64,000 bases of DNA from a virus (IMGVR_UViG_3300010399_000005:17642-81641), one strand, 5' to 3'. Counted from the stretch's first letter, positions 10,055 to 20,393 are shown. Notes: generated by a model from the sequence alone, not told the origin. Made by a program: numbers and translations.

Positions 10055-12673
10055 TCAGACAGTGTGCACATCGATGAGACGAATCTCGTCATGCTGCACG
10101 GTGATGATCGCATCTCGTGTGTCACCACTGGCCATCGCGACTGGATTCATCATCGTCCCATCGATGTCAAGTACGGCGTAAGTCGGTGCACTTACAGTGA
10201 TCAGACCAACCAGTGGTACGCGCATCGCCTGCGTCACCGTGATGAGATCAAGTGTGATCGACACGGTAGGTCGTGGACCCGCGGGACCGGTGACCGTCGC
10301 AGTTCCCGTGATGATCGTCGTGACGACGAGATCACCGCCGGTGTCCTGTGTCGTACCGGCCGTTCCCACGAGCGTCACAGTGGTGAGAACAGCTCCGTCG
10401 ATCACGTGAACGACGTTCGCCGACCCGAACGTGGTGGCGATCGTCGTCGTCTGACTCGACCCAGCGCGTGAGACGAAAGCAGCACCGAGTGTCGTGACGG
10501 TCTCGGTCAGTGATCCAGCGATCGAGGTACCTACAGCACCAGTGATCGTCGTCGTCACGCTGAGGTTGCCACCAGTGTTGCGATCCACGACAGCAGCACC
10601 GGATGTGGTGGCGTTGACGCTTAGACTGCCAGCAGCTGCTCGAGTGACGGTGGCCGTACCCGTAATGGTAGTCGTCGTGAGGTGAGTACCCGAGACAGCG
10701 ACACCAACACTTACACTACCTGAAGTAAGAGCTGTGACGCCCCGAAAGCCACCACTTTCAGTGATGAGACCACTGTCACCCGTGATGAGAGCGGCGACCG
10801 ACAAGTCACCGGCGGCTTGTCCTGGTGCGAGAACGTTCGCTGTGCCAGCGATCGTGACGGTCACCGGTGTGGTGCTTGAGACAGCCCACGCGATAGAAGC
10901 GATGCCAAGCGTTATCACGGTGGTGACGGCTGTGCCACCGGCGGCTTGTGCAGCGGTCACTGCACCGGTGCTCGTAACGGTGATCGACGTCGTACCGCCG
11001 ACACTCACACCAAGCGTCGCGGCTCCGATCGCAGTCGCGGTCACTGCTAGGTTACCGGCCGTAGGACGAACGACAGCAGCGGTCCCGGTGATCGTCGTAG
11101 TCACGGCCAGGGTACCACTGGTGGCCCTGTCGACGGCCGCAACGCCGGCGATAGTGGCTACCGCAGTCGTGGTACCCGCGACGTCGCGGGGGATGCTAGT
11201 CGTTCCCGTGATCGTGGCAGTCGCGGTCAGCGAACCACTCGCTGCTAGGAGTACAGCCACGACTCCCGTGGTCGTGGCGTTCGTCACCAGTGAGCCGGTG
11301 ACGCCCATCGATGCGTTGACCGCACCGGTGATCGTGGCGGTCACTCCGAGTGAGCCACCCGAGCCGTTAGTGGCGAACGCCGTACCCGTAAGTGTCACGG
11401 TTGTGGTGAGCGTCCCATCAACCGGACGTGTGACCGCTGCCACACCTGACAGGTTCGCAGTGATACTCTGCAATCCATCGACGGTGTGAGTCACGACCGC
11501 GACACCCGTCGCAGAAGCTGTGACTACCGTGGTACCCGAGACGGCCCACACGACGTTGGCCGTACCCGTCAGCGTCGCAGTCGTAGGTCGTGTACCACTG
11601 GTAGATGTGACGTACGATGCAGCGCCCGCGATCGTTGCAGTGATCGTACACGTTCCTGCCGCTGCACGTGAGACGACTGCGGCACCTGCGATGGTAGCAG
11701 TCGTCGTGGTCGTACCGGCTGCGGCTCGTGAGACAGTCGCAGCACCGACGATGGTGGCGGTCGTTGGACGAGTACCGTCGACCGTCAGTGTCGCAGCGGT
11801 CGTACCCTTAAGTGACGGTGCTCCCGCTGTGTTCTTAAGATACGAACCTCCACCAGCGTATCCCTTAAGTAGGAACAGGCTGCCAGCACCACCACCACCA
11901 AGACCCGGGACGAGTCCCGCTCCAGTGCCAGTCTCGGTGATGACGAGCGATCCATCGATCTCAACGGGTGGAAACTCACGAAGACGGACCATGACCGCTG
12001 GTCCAGCACCCGAGGTACCTACCGAGTACGTCGCTGTCCAGACGGGTGCAGCCGCTGCTGTACCCGTAGCACAGAGCGCGTGGTTCGTGTTCCCACCGAT
12101 GTCATTACCAGTGGTTGTTCTTGGGTTCTGGTCGCCCGCTGCGACGATACCTGAGAACGTCGCTGATGTCGCAGTCAGAGCTGAAGCCGAGACCGTACGA
12201 GCAAGATCAGTTGGCCACGAGCACCCGAAGAGAAGCATGTCCCCGGCAGTGATGCCCGGGTTCGTCGTCATCGTCGCTGACCAGGTCGTGTTCGCGGTTG
12301 CGTCGATCCCCGATGCGAACACAACGGCCACATCTTGTCCAGCGGCGTGGGTGCACCGATACATGACGCCCCACGAGCTGTTACCTGATGTGATCGTTAC
12401 CGTCTCGTTACCAGTGAGAGCAGACGGTGCCTTACGAAAGAAGACTGCGATCTTAGTGGAACCTGTGTCGACACCCTGTGCCACTGAACCATCAGTGAGC
12501 GTGCCCATCAGCGTCCAGCCTGAGGGCGTGACGATCGTCGCGTTGAACGGCTTTGTCGCGACAAACATGACGAGCCAGTCGTCCGTCGCGATGCTCGCTG
12601 GATACGGCACGAGCATCAGCGTCGCTGACGCTGTCGACAGAGACACCGTTGAAGAGGCAACCGCGATGGTCAC
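10055..12673 (-). CDS. Thr/Ala/Gly/Val-rich repetitive virion (fibre-like) protein
   Basis: 872 aa; globular N-terminal ~230 aa followed by many ~20-aa repeats of the form G-[TS]-x-x-x-T-A-T-I-[TA]-G-x-A-x-V. Confidence 0.7.
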   Translation of the reverse strand: MTIAVASSTVSLSTASATLMLVPYPASIATDDWLVMFVATKPFNATIVTPSGWTLMGTLTDGSVAQGVDTGSTKIAVFFRKAPSALTGNETVTITSGNSSWGVMYRCTHAAGQDVAVVFASGIDATANTTWSATMTTNPGITAGDMLLFGCSWPTDLARTVSASALTATSATFSGIVAAGDQNPRTTTGNDIGGNTNHALCATGTAAAAPVWTATYSVGTSGAGPAVMVRLREFPPVEIDGSLVITETGTGAGLVPGLGGGGAGSLFLLKGYAGGGSYLKNTAGAPSLKGTTAATLTVDGTRPTTATIVGAATVSRAAAGTTTTTATIAGAAVVSRAAAGTCTITATIAGAASYVTSTSGTRPTTATLTGTANVVWAVSGTTVVTASATGVAVVTHTVDGLQSITANLSGVAAVTRPVDGTLTTTVTLTGTAFATNGSGGSLGVTATITGAVNASMGVTGSLVTNATTTGVVAVLLAASGSLTATATITGTTSIPRDVAGTTTAVATIAGVAAVDRATSGTLAVTTTITGTAAVVRPTAGNLAVTATAIGAATLGVSVGGTTSITVTSTGAVTAAQAAGGTAVTTVITLGIASIAWAVSSTTPVTVTIAGTANVLAPGQAAGDLSVAALITGDSGLITESGGFRGVTALTSGSVSVGVAVSGTHLTTTTITGTATVTRAAAGSLSVNATTSGAAVVDRNTGGNLSVTTTITGAVGTSIAGSLTETVTTLGAAFVSRAGSSQTTTIATTFGSANVVHVIDGAVLTTVTLVGTAGTTQDTGGDLVVTTIITGTATVTGPAGPRPTVSITLDLITVTQAMRVPLVGLITVSAPTYAVLDIDGTMMNPVAMASGDTRDAIITVQHDEIRLIDVHTV

Positions 12674-12694
12674 CGGCTGCCTCCTTTCGTCAGG

Positions 12695-13630
12695 TCAGTA
12701 CCATGGCCGTGGTGTAGCGATGCGCGTAGCGGTGTCGTGGATGTCAGGAGTCACATTCGCTGGAGCTGCATCGAAGAAACCTGATGGTGTGGATAGGATC
12801 GAGAGTGCGGCATTCGTCCGAGTCTCGCCGCCCTTCTGCCGCATGTAACCGGGTGTGGCCGAGACAGCAGTGATGTTGCAGTTTGCGGTACCGACCGAGT
12901 AGTCAATGAGGAAACTGTCGATTGAGTTACCGATGCCGTCCATGTCGATGTGACGTACGTGCCACTCGGGCGACCACGGCCACTCCGTGAAGATGTCGCC
13001 GGGATAGCCCGCATCTTCGAACGGCTCCGTGAAGAACGAGTTAAGCGCCATCGGTTTCGACGTCGCCGGGGACTTGATCAGCACGTCATGAAAGTCAAAG
13101 GGAATGGATCCAGCGGTGAGGTCCTGCACCTGACAGCGGTACGCGACTTCATCAGTCTGCTGGTCGGTCGCAACATAAGGAGGTACCTGCCCACTTCCAC
13201 CGTAGATCTCATTTGCAACGTAGTCTTGCTTCGGCGACTTGAACACACGGAACCGATACCAGTGGTTGTAGAACCACGTGTAGCCGAATGAGACACCCGC
13301 GTTGATGTCGATGAAGACATCATCAGTGAGCATCGGTCCGGATCGAAACGTCGCACCGCCACCGATGGTGTCATCGTACACGCCCCAGTTGATCATGCCC
13401 TTGTAGACGATGTCCGGGTGGTTGTATGCCTGCAGACCGATGTGACCACCGCCGACACCTACGTCAGCGTCATTGTAGAAGTCGATCTGAAACGCCCAGA
13501 AGCACAGGAACATGCCACCACTAAAGTCGCCGGGAGGCGCCATCACAGGCCCACTGGTGACCCGCATGTCGAAACCGATCTCATCAACACGAGGTCTCTT
13601 ACTCGCGGATGGAAAGCAGTAGATCGCCAT
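12695..13630 (-). CDS. Hypothetical virion protein, aromatic-rich (possible lectin-like receptor-binding domain)
   Basis: 311-aa ORF coupled to the upstream fibre gene; W/Y/F-rich; function inferred from context only. Confidence 0.45.
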   Translation of the reverse strand: MAIYCFPSASKRPRVDEIGFDMRVTSGPVMAPPGDFSGGMFLCFWAFQIDFYNDADVGVGGGHIGLQAYNHPDIVYKGMINWGVYDDTIGGGATFRSGPMLTDDVFIDINAGVSFGYTWFYNHWYRFRVFKSPKQDYVANEIYGGSGQVPPYVATDQQTDEVAYRCQVQDLTAGSIPFDFHDVLIKSPATSKPMALNSFFTEPFEDAGYPGDIFTEWPWSPEWHVRHIDMDGIGNSIDSFLIDYSVGTANCNITAVSATPGYMRQKGGETRTNAALSILSTPSGFFDAAPANVTPDIHDTATRIATPRPWY

Positions 13631-15057
13631 TAGGCGGCGACCTCACACCCCGCACGGTGAAACGACATGCCGCGTATGGCAGTCGTGGTAGTAGCGATCC
13701 CACACACTGCCCGCATCCAGTTCGTCTGCCCGGGCATGTTCGAAGTCACATTGATCAGTGAACCGGAGTCGAGTGCATCGGTACGGTTGATGACGTGACC
13801 GAACGCGTATCCACCAGATGGTCTGCAGTAGACGTAGAAGTCAAAGACCTTGGAGGTGGCAAACGCGATGCCACTGTCCATCGTCGTTTCCGTGGTGCCG
13901 TTCTTGGACGTCAAGAGGAAGTTGCCAGAGCCGTTCGTGATGCGGAACCCATGCCGATGCCCGGCGGGGTCGGCGGTAGCGAGCGAGGTGGCCGCGGTCT
14001 GGTCGGTGAGGCCTGCAAAGAACAGCGTGGAGCCATACCCATTAGCGTGATCGAACACGACACGACAGTGAAAGTAGTAACCGCACCAAGGTTGAACGTT
14101 GTCGCCACGTACGTATCGCAGGTCGGTGGTAGACACGAACGCTGCGTTGCCTGACGTCGTGGAAGTGTTCATCGACTGCCGCACACCGAGTGTTGTCGTG
14201 CTCGTCGGTGTGGACCAAGTCGATGCGGTGTTCGTTGACGGAACCTCGGTGGTGTTCGTGGGAGCGGTCGTGCCGGTGCCCGGGTGCACGCGCCAGACCA
14301 TCGCGGGGCCCGTGATCTCATCACCATACGGCAGCCACCGGTCGACCGACTCGATGGTCGGGACCGGTCGGTAGCCCAGCCACCGAGCGTACATGTGGAT
14401 GTAGAGGTCACCGCTCGGTGTCGGCGGGTTGCTGACCGACTGGCCGGGCATGATGATGTAGCCGTCGCCCGAGGACGTGCCCAGTGTGAATGCACCAAGC
14501 ACCGCCGGCGGGTCCGAGCCGGACGGCGCGTGTGTGTCGCCGTGGTCGGTCGATGCATACTCACCAGAGTGTAGGTGATCACCACGAGCTGCCGTCGTCG
14601 ACGTCGTTCCGTACGGTGCTTGATAGTCGACGAGCAGACGCTTATCAACGATGTTGCCCGCGGTGATCGACGTCGCTGAGGTCGGGATGACAACAGCACA
14701 CAACACGGTACGTGACGCTGGAATCGTAGGAAACTCAGGCTGTGCCGCTGCGGTGCCGGCCACGACCGACAGTGCACCGGCGTTGTCAGCGACGACGAGA
14801 TCAATGCGTGGGTTCGATCCCGACGCTGCACCTGGTGTGACGGTGGCTCCTGTGACCGCTACCGCTGTCTTCGACCCGACGTGCACCGAGCCGGACGCGA
14901 CCGCTACTCCAAGCGTTACACCTGAGCTTGCAGGTGTGCACGCACATCCCGATGCGACACCGTAACCGAGGAATCCAGCACTCCAGATCTCGAAGTCCTT
15001 GGAGTCCGGTGCGGCTTGAATGGGGAACGATGCCCCCGACGCGTTTGGGATGCCCAC
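13630..15057 (-). CDS. Tail fibre/appendage protein
   Basis: N-terminal NPRIDLVV...IVDKR anchor domain, then His-containing AARGDHLH and HGDTHAPSGSDP fibre-knot motifs. Confidence 0.65.
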   Translation of the reverse strand: MGIPNASGASFPIQAAPDSKDFEIWSAGFLGYGVASGCACTPASSGVTLGVAVASGSVHVGSKTAVAVTGATVTPGAASGSNPRIDLVVADNAGALSVVAGTAAAQPEFPTIPASRTVLCAVVIPTSATSITAGNIVDKRLLVDYQAPYGTTSTTAARGDHLHSGEYASTDHGDTHAPSGSDPPAVLGAFTLGTSSGDGYIIMPGQSVSNPPTPSGDLYIHMYARWLGYRPVPTIESVDRWLPYGDEITGPAMVWRVHPGTGTTAPTNTTEVPSTNTASTWSTPTSTTTLGVRQSMNTSTTSGNAAFVSTTDLRYVRGDNVQPWCGYYFHCRVVFDHANGYGSTLFFAGLTDQTAATSLATADPAGHRHGFRITNGSGNFLLTSKNGTTETTMDSGIAFATSKVFDFYVYCRPSGGYAFGHVINRTDALDSGSLINVTSNMPGQTNWMRAVCGIATTTTAIRGMSFHRAGCEVAA

Positions 15058-15070
15058 AAGTTAGTCCGGT

Positions 15071-15481
15071 TCAAGCTGCAATGGGAGTGAACGCGATGCT
15101 GTGCGACGTCATGTTGAGTGTGTCGCCGTTGGTGATCGCCTTCGGAGTGGTGAGAGCGAATGAGTACAAGAAGTTTCCTGCGGTCAGGTTGTCCCACACA
15201 GACACGTGTGAGATCGTCTCGGAGCCCGACGCCCAAGACGCCCAGGACGGAAGCGTCGCTTGGATAGCCTTCGAGCCAGCCGAGGCAGCGGCCCACGCGA
15301 TGATCACACGCGTCGTGTTCGCCGATGCGGCAGTCGTACCAGCCGCACCCGGGTCAGCGGTGTGAAGCTTCATATACGTGTTCGTCGGCGCGGTGAACGC
15401 CGTGGCACCGAGCATGTCGAGCCACTTATTCGCCAGTGTCGTGGCGGCCAGTCCTACGGTCACGTCTGTTCCTTTCGACAA
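15071..15481 (-). CDS. Small virion fibre-associated protein
   Basis: YMKLHTADPG...ISHVSVWD...GNFL...K.I..GDT pattern common in phage structural modules; true start is probably a little downstream. Confidence 0.6.
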   Translation of the reverse strand: MSKGTDVTVGLAATTLANKWLDMLGATAFTAPTNTYMKLHTADPGAAGTTAASANTTRVIIAWAAASAGSKAIQATLPSWASWASGSETISHVSVWDNLTAGNFLYSFALTTPKAITNGDTLNMTSHSIAFTPIAA

Positions 15482-15660
15482 GCCAGCTCATCGAGCACGG
15501 CCAGGATCTCGGGTGGTACATCACCCTGGTTAGCGTCGGCGGTGATCGTGGCCGCGAGATCGATGAACTGACTAAGTGGACCCTTGACCACCTCGCCATC
15601 ACCTTCGATCTTCATCTCCATGAGTTGACCGTCGAGCGTAAACACTTTCGTCTGAGTCAT
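15460..15660 (-). CDS. Small hypothetical protein
   Basis: Fills the gap in the structural operon; ATG 3 nt after the upstream stop. Confidence 0.5.
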   Translation of the reverse strand: MTQTKVFTLDGQLMEMKIEGDGEVVKGPLSQFIDLAATITADANQGDVPPEILAVLDELACRKEQT

Positions 15661-15663
15661 ACG

Positions 15664-16005
15664 TTAAACTCCAAGTTGATGTCGACCTGAGTCGAGTATG
15701 AAGTCACCCTTCACCCAGGTCCGTGTCTCTCCACCTGCGATACGATCGAGTTCCCAGTGACCCGTAAAGCTACTAGCCCAGGGTGGTACCAGCCCAGTCG
15801 TGTTAAGCGTGAGAATGACCGGTGAGCTATTCGGTGGGGTGACGACGAATGACGCGGTAGGAGTGTCCTGACAGAGGCTGTCCCAAAGCGTTCCGACCCA
15901 CGTCCCACTCTCATATGTAGTGGGAACGTTGATCTCGATGACGATGGTGTCACCAGGCTCACCAAAGACGTTCACCGTAGGAGCGAGAAGATCGACGGTA
16001 CTCAT
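15664..16005 (-). CDS. Small beta-sandwich virion protein (BppU N-terminal-like)
   Basis: GDT...G.WEL...TRTWVKG pattern; ATGA overlap with the upstream gene. Confidence 0.5.
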   Translation of the reverse strand: MSTVDLLAPTVNVFGEPGDTIVIEINVPTTYESGTWVGTLWDSLCQDTPTASFVVTPPNSSPVILTLNTTGLVPPWASSFTGHWELDRIAGGETRTWVKGDFILDSGRHQLGV

Positions 16006-16754
16006 GAGTTCACCGGTGGTATCAGCACATCAGGTGAGTACACTCGAGCTCGATCGAGCAGACCCTTAGGGTTGAAGGTCTTGATGAAGAGGTCGGGTAT
16101 CGTCAACCCAGTGAGTCCGGTAGAGTCACGCTGCATCGTCACACCACGTCGTGACACCGATGCGACCTTGAACGGAAGCGCGCACTCTTCGCCACACATC
16201 TGCTTCATGATCTCAACGCCCAGGATCCCAACGGCGAGCTTACCGAGATCGGGAAGCTCGGGTCCAAACGCTGCTGTGACAGACCAGGCACCAAGCCCGC
16301 TCGTGACACTCCAGTCCTGACACATCGGCCACTCGGCGCCGACGCGCACCAGGCGCACACCGTCGTAGAAGGCCCAGCCACTGGTAGGTAGTGACACACC
16401 GTCGATGACGACGCCTGACACACGAGCAAAGTCAGGTAGGACGACCTCACTTGAGGTCGTGCAACCACAGGGCCCGGTGCAGATACCACACGCGACGTTC
16501 AGCCACTGCCCATCAAGCAGTGTGGGGTGAGGCCAGCCTGTGCCACCGACGTCACGGTCAGACTGTGGCATACAGTCACTCCGACACGGACGAACGGTCA
16601 CAGGACAGTTCTGGAACCGCCGCCCCGTGGCTTCCCAGAGCAGTTCAGATGCGGCTAGGAAGGCGGCACCCGTGACCACTGGTGAGTAGCCACAGATGTC
16701 CGAACACAGAGTGGCGGGCCAAGCTTCGCACAAGTTCTCGTACGTGCTGACCAC
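16002..16754 (-). CDS. Head-to-tail adaptor
   Basis: LLWEATGRRF..CPVTVRPC...LP..VASVSRRGV...FNP motifs typical of actinophage adaptors. Confidence 0.75.
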   Translation of the reverse strand: MVSTYENLCEAWPATLCSDICGYSPVVTGAAFLAASELLWEATGRRFQNCPVTVRPCRSDCMPQSDRDVGGTGWPHPTLLDGQWLNVACGICTGPCGCTTSSEVVLPDFARVSGVVIDGVSLPTSGWAFYDGVRLVRVGAEWPMCQDWSVTSGLGAWSVTAAFGPELPDLGKLAVGILGVEIMKQMCGEECALPFKVASVSRRGVTMQRDSTGLTGLTIPDLFIKTFNPKGLLDRARVYSPDVLIPPVNS

Positions 16755-16764
16755 CTCCTCCGTG

Positions 16765-17430
16765 TTAGAGAGTCACAGCACCACAACCGGTCAGCGCCGG
16801 CAGCGGTAGCGCGGCGATGTTGAAGCCGTAGTGCGCACCCACTGGCACCGCACTGATCCAGTCAGGAGCGGCTCCTGGACCTGTCCCCCAGAGTGGGTTG
16901 GCTCCCTGGGTCTTCGCGGAGATCTCCCAGTCGAGTACGTCATCCTCGATGGTGAAGTCATTGAAGCGACCAGCGAAGAGGTTAGGCCACACCCAGTACA
17001 CAGCGCGTGCCACAGACGTCGAACCACACGCCTGTCCCGACACCGCCTGCCAGACCTCCAGGCTGAAGTGCTGCGTCACGGTACCTTCAGTGACCCAGAA
17101 GCCCGTGCCCGTCGCAGGTGCACCGGTGACGATGACCGAAGAACCCGTCATGAGGTTGACCATGTCCGGGTCGATCTGACAGAACTGAATGGTGAGCTGC
17201 GAGCGGGTGAACTGGTCGGGACCAACGTCGTTCACGCAGAAGTTGCCTGCGGCGTTGCGGAGCTGGTACTCGGTACCGTCCTCGTACTCCTGCGAGGCCT
17301 CGACCTTGACGAAGCCATCCGTGACGATCTGCGAACCAGCGCCCGTGACCGGCACGCCGCAAGCGTCGAGCTTAATGACGCGCATGCGCGTCCCCTGGAT
17401 GGGAGCTGCACAGAGAGCGGGTGCGGTCAT
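16765..17430 (-). CDS. Major tail (tube) protein
   Basis: 221 aa; RMRVIKLDACG...RNAAGNFC motifs; strong AGGAGAGG RBS; position after the capsid genes. Confidence 0.7.
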   Translation of the reverse strand: MTAPALCAAPIQGTRMRVIKLDACGVPVTGAGSQIVTDGFVKVEASQEYEDGTEYQLRNAAGNFCVNDVGPDQFTRSQLTIQFCQIDPDMVNLMTGSSVIVTGAPATGTGFWVTEGTVTQHFSLEVWQAVSGQACGSTSVARAVYWVWPNLFAGRFNDFTIEDDVLDWEISAKTQGANPLWGTGPGAAPDWISAVPVGAHYGFNIAALPLPALTGCGAVTL

Positions 17431-17443
17431 GGCTTAACCTCTC

Positions 17444-18331
17444 CTACGCGTTGAATGCATCGGGGACCTGACCACCGATCTTGATCTGGATCGCCAGATG
17501 ACAACAGTCCCAGTCGATCACATATGTTCTTTCAGCGACGAGCACGATGTCGTTCTTCGCTCGGTCGACCATCTCGGAGTTGTTCGTGGCCGACATCTCG
17601 ATGGGACCACGACGAAGCTGGATGGCTCCAGTCGCGTACACCCAGCGGGTTCCGGGTCCAGGCGCTGTCCCATCCGGTGCCGTCCCGGGATACCCATTAC
17701 CCGACACCACGATGTGACCTGAGGGCGAGCGAAGACGAGTGCCGTCGTGGCGGAGTAGACCGTACGCTTCCCAGTGCGTGACGACACTGTTCGGCGCGTG
17801 GATGACTCCCTCAGAACCGTAGCACCAGCCGAGAGCTTCCTCGAGTCGAGCGAGTCCTTCCACCGCATCTACGACAGCACCACCCGTTACGAGAACCGTC
17901 GCAGCGGTCTGCAGGATGGTGCCATCAACGTCGGTGACTTGCGCGTTCGCAGCAAGGTGAGGGGTGGTGCCAAGCGCCCCCGTCCAGAACTCGCGTTCAA
18001 CGGCTCGCGCCTCACCGTATGTCAGTGCGTTCTGCGCGATCGTACGAGCCTCATCAAGGTAACCGATGGGGCTACACACGGGAAGGCTGTACACGGTGAA
18101 CGGAGATGCACCTCGAACCTGAAGTGCATCGGTACGAATCTTATCTCCGGTACCCGTGACCGCACAGCTTGCGGTCGTGACGATGCCTGGCGAGCAGGTC
18201 TCGACCTCGATGCGGACGCCCATCTGCCAGTGGGGGTCGACGTCCGTCGGTTGCTGAACTGCAGTGATCAAGCCGTAGGGAGACGTGACACGCGTCGGTC
18301 CACCGACCAACGGTCGAGCAGATGGAATCAC
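17444..18331 (-). CDS. Capsid-associated structural protein
   Basis: Directly after the major capsid gene; PYGL...PFTVY...AERTYV motifs. Confidence 0.55.
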   Translation of the reverse strand: MIPSARPLVGGPTRVTSPYGLITAVQQPTDVDPHWQMGVRIEVETCSPGIVTTASCAVTGTGDKIRTDALQVRGASPFTVYSLPVCSPIGYLDEARTIAQNALTYGEARAVEREFWTGALGTTPHLAANAQVTDVDGTILQTAATVLVTGGAVVDAVEGLARLEEALGWCYGSEGVIHAPNSVVTHWEAYGLLRHDGTRLRSPSGHIVVSGNGYPGTAPDGTAPGPGTRWVYATGAIQLRRGPIEMSATNNSEMVDRAKNDIVLVAERTYVIDWDCCHLAIQIKIGGQVPDAFNA

Positions 18332-18365
18332 GTGTCACGCTCCCTTCGGTTGATCAGTGACCAGG

Positions 18366-20078
18366 TCAGACCAGGTTGCAGGTCAGGCTGGCCGGCCCGG
18401 TGGCGCCGTTCACGCAGAAGTTGACCGTGACCAGTCGGGACTCGTGCCCGATTCTCGCGGTGAGCTTGCACTCTTCGGTCCAGGCCGCGGTGTGGTCGTT
18501 CTTCGCGTTGAGCGTGGAGTCCCGCACAACGCCGAGGTTGAGGTCGAGGCCCATGCCCACGACCCAGGTGCCCGCGGCGTAGATGAGGAACTGCACGTTC
18601 TCCGGCCAGGACGCACGTGGCGTGGTCTGCCCGAGGAAGTCGCCCGAACCGAGCTGCCAGTCACTGACGAACTGGACTCGAACGTGTCGCTCATCGAACC
18701 ACGCGCCGATCATGGCGTCCGTGACGGCCAGCAGGTCCATGCCGGTTCGCTTCGAGAGGTCGGAGCGGATCGCCTCCTTGGACCAGCGGGGTAGCACGAC
18801 CTCGAGCACCTCGTTGTCGCACATCCGATACTTCTCACGATAGTCGGCGGCCTGAAGGCCAACCGCTCCGAGGAGCCCGGTGGCGATCGGCACGTCGGTG
18901 CCGGTAACCGCGACGGAGGTGGAGCCTGCGACGATGTCAGCGATGATCCGCTGGTTCATCACGTGCTCATGAGCGTTCATCACGAGCCGCAGGTAGTTCT
19001 GGATGAGCTCGGGGTACGCGCTCTCCGTGAGGTTACCAGCGGTGACGCAGAGACCGTGACACGCGAGCCGCAGCTCGTTGAAGGTCGGGCACGGTACACG
19101 GACGCACGGCTTGGTGCCGGTGCCGGTGACGGCGGCGATGTCGTCGTTCTCGGTCCAGAGCCAGATGTTGCTCAGCACGTCGGCGATCGTCGGCGACGTC
19201 GGCCAGCGGATACCACCGCGCGTAACGCCCACGGTCGGGACGTCGAGCATCCCATCATCGCAGGCGATGTTGAAGAAGTCGTAAATGATCGTGCTGGGAG
19301 CGCACCAGCCGCCAGCAGCGACGAGGTTCTTCGGGTCGGCTGCCCGGTGCATGACGTCCCAGATCTGGGCCGGAGCGGCCTCACGATCCAGGACGATGTC
19401 GTACTCCTTGCGGACCGTGGCGACCGTGATGTTGCCCGAGGGAATGGCGAGCGTCTTGGCCCGACGGTGCATCGCGTCGGTGAGCACCTCGAGCGTCTCG
19501 AGTCGCCGGCCGGCCGCGTACATCGGCACGTCAGGAGCGGTGACGATCTGCGCCTGGGCGGCCATCGAGCTGACGCCCGGGTCCGGAGCTCGGCGAGCCA
19601 CCTCGCTAAGCGGAACGTTGAGGCGCTTCCGCTTCACGACCAGAGCACCTGTGCCTCGGATCGGACCGGCGGCGGTGACCTGCGAGGGCTCGTCCATGAT
19701 GGACTCGACCTCAGCCGGCTCGGGATCAGGCTCGGGCTCGGGATCAGGATCAGGCGGCTCGGTCGCAACGGTCTCGGAGCGAACGCCCATCTGCTCGAGC
19801 ACGGAGTCGAGCTCGGCGGCCTCGGCAGCCAGCCGCTCGTTCTCCTCATCCCGACGGTTCGTCTCGCTCTTGACCCGCTCGATGGCGGCTGTGATCGTCC
19901 GGAGCTCGGCGAGCTTGACCTCCGATAGGTTGCCGTCGCCTCGCACAGTGTCGAAGGTCCGGAGCAACTCGGAGCCCAGGGTCTCCAGGTCCGCGTCGGT
20001 CATGCTCGTCATGTCCTCGGGGACGACCAGGTTCTCATCGCCTCCCGGGTGGGTTTCAGGATCCATCAGCTTCCTCAC
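18366..20078 (-). CDS. Major capsid protein with N-terminal coiled-coil (scaffold-like) region
   Basis: LVAAGGWCAPS..IYDF...DVPTVGVTRGGI and DLGVVRDSTLN-like motifs; strong GC3 bias of a highly expressed gene; likely start ATG 20066 behind GAGGAAG. Confidence 0.9.
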   Translation of the reverse strand: MRKLMDPETHPGGDENLVVPEDMTSMTDADLETLGSELLRTFDTVRGDGNLSEVKLAELRTITAAIERVKSETNRRDEENERLAAEAAELDSVLEQMGVRSETVATEPPDPDPEPEPDPEPAEVESIMDEPSQVTAAGPIRGTGALVVKRKRLNVPLSEVARRAPDPGVSSMAAQAQIVTAPDVPMYAAGRRLETLEVLTDAMHRRAKTLAIPSGNITVATVRKEYDIVLDREAAPAQIWDVMHRAADPKNLVAAGGWCAPSTIIYDFFNIACDDGMLDVPTVGVTRGGIRWPTSPTIADVLSNIWLWTENDDIAAVTGTGTKPCVRVPCPTFNELRLACHGLCVTAGNLTESAYPELIQNYLRLVMNAHEHVMNQRIIADIVAGSTSVAVTGTDVPIATGLLGAVGLQAADYREKYRMCDNEVLEVVLPRWSKEAIRSDLSKRTGMDLLAVTDAMIGAWFDERHVRVQFVSDWQLGSGDFLGQTTPRASWPENVQFLIYAAGTWVVGMGLDLNLGVVRDSTLNAKNDHTAAWTEECKLTARIGHESRLVTVNFCVNGATGPASLTCNLV

Positions 20079-20094
20079 GTGGTGATCGGTGTCT

Positions 20095-20215
20095 GCACCG
20101 TCCGATCCCTCGAGCCGTGAGGTTCACCTCAGCTCCCCAGGGGGCTACGCCTCGCCTGGGCTGTCGCGGCTGGATCCCGCCGCGCCGGCGCTCAACGCCG
20201 GGCTCTTGGTCGACT
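20095..20215 (-). promoter_or_regulatory. Structured 5' leader of the capsid gene
   Basis: On the minus strand, four GC-rich hairpins (CCGGCG/CGCCGG, CGCGGC/GCCGCG, CCAGG/CCTGG, GAGG/CCTC) are closed by GAGCC/GGCTC; a TACAGT -10-like hexamer lies just upstream. Confidence 0.45.
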
Positions 20216-20311
20216 GTATAGCACACGCGAGAGGTACTTTCAACACCTTGGGCCGAATCGTGACACGGGCTGGTGGCACGGTAGGTTTCCGAAAGAATCT
20301 TCCCTGAACTG

Positions 20312-20340
20312 TTGACTCAGACGATAAGTGTTGATACAAT
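20312..20340 (+). promoter_or_regulatory. SigA-type promoter P1
   Basis: TTGACT-N17-TACAAT with extended TG; one of four near-identical copies. Confidence 0.85.
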
Positions 20341-20393
20341 GTTCTTAGAAGGTCGATCGAGCCCCGAGGACCTTCTTACGACAAGGAGTTCAA

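Noticed and set aside
10064-12848. Long plus-strand ORFs (e.g. 11520..12848, 10734..11489)
   Set aside because: Antisense shadows of the repetitive GC-rich gene; no RBS or independent motifs.
1099-15057. Diversity-generating retroelement or invertible tail-fibre cassette
   Set aside because: No reverse transcriptase, recombinase or template/variable repeat pair seen.
18963-20085. Long plus-strand ORFs opposite the capsid gene
   Set aside because: Expected stop-free antisense frames caused by high GC3 codon bias.
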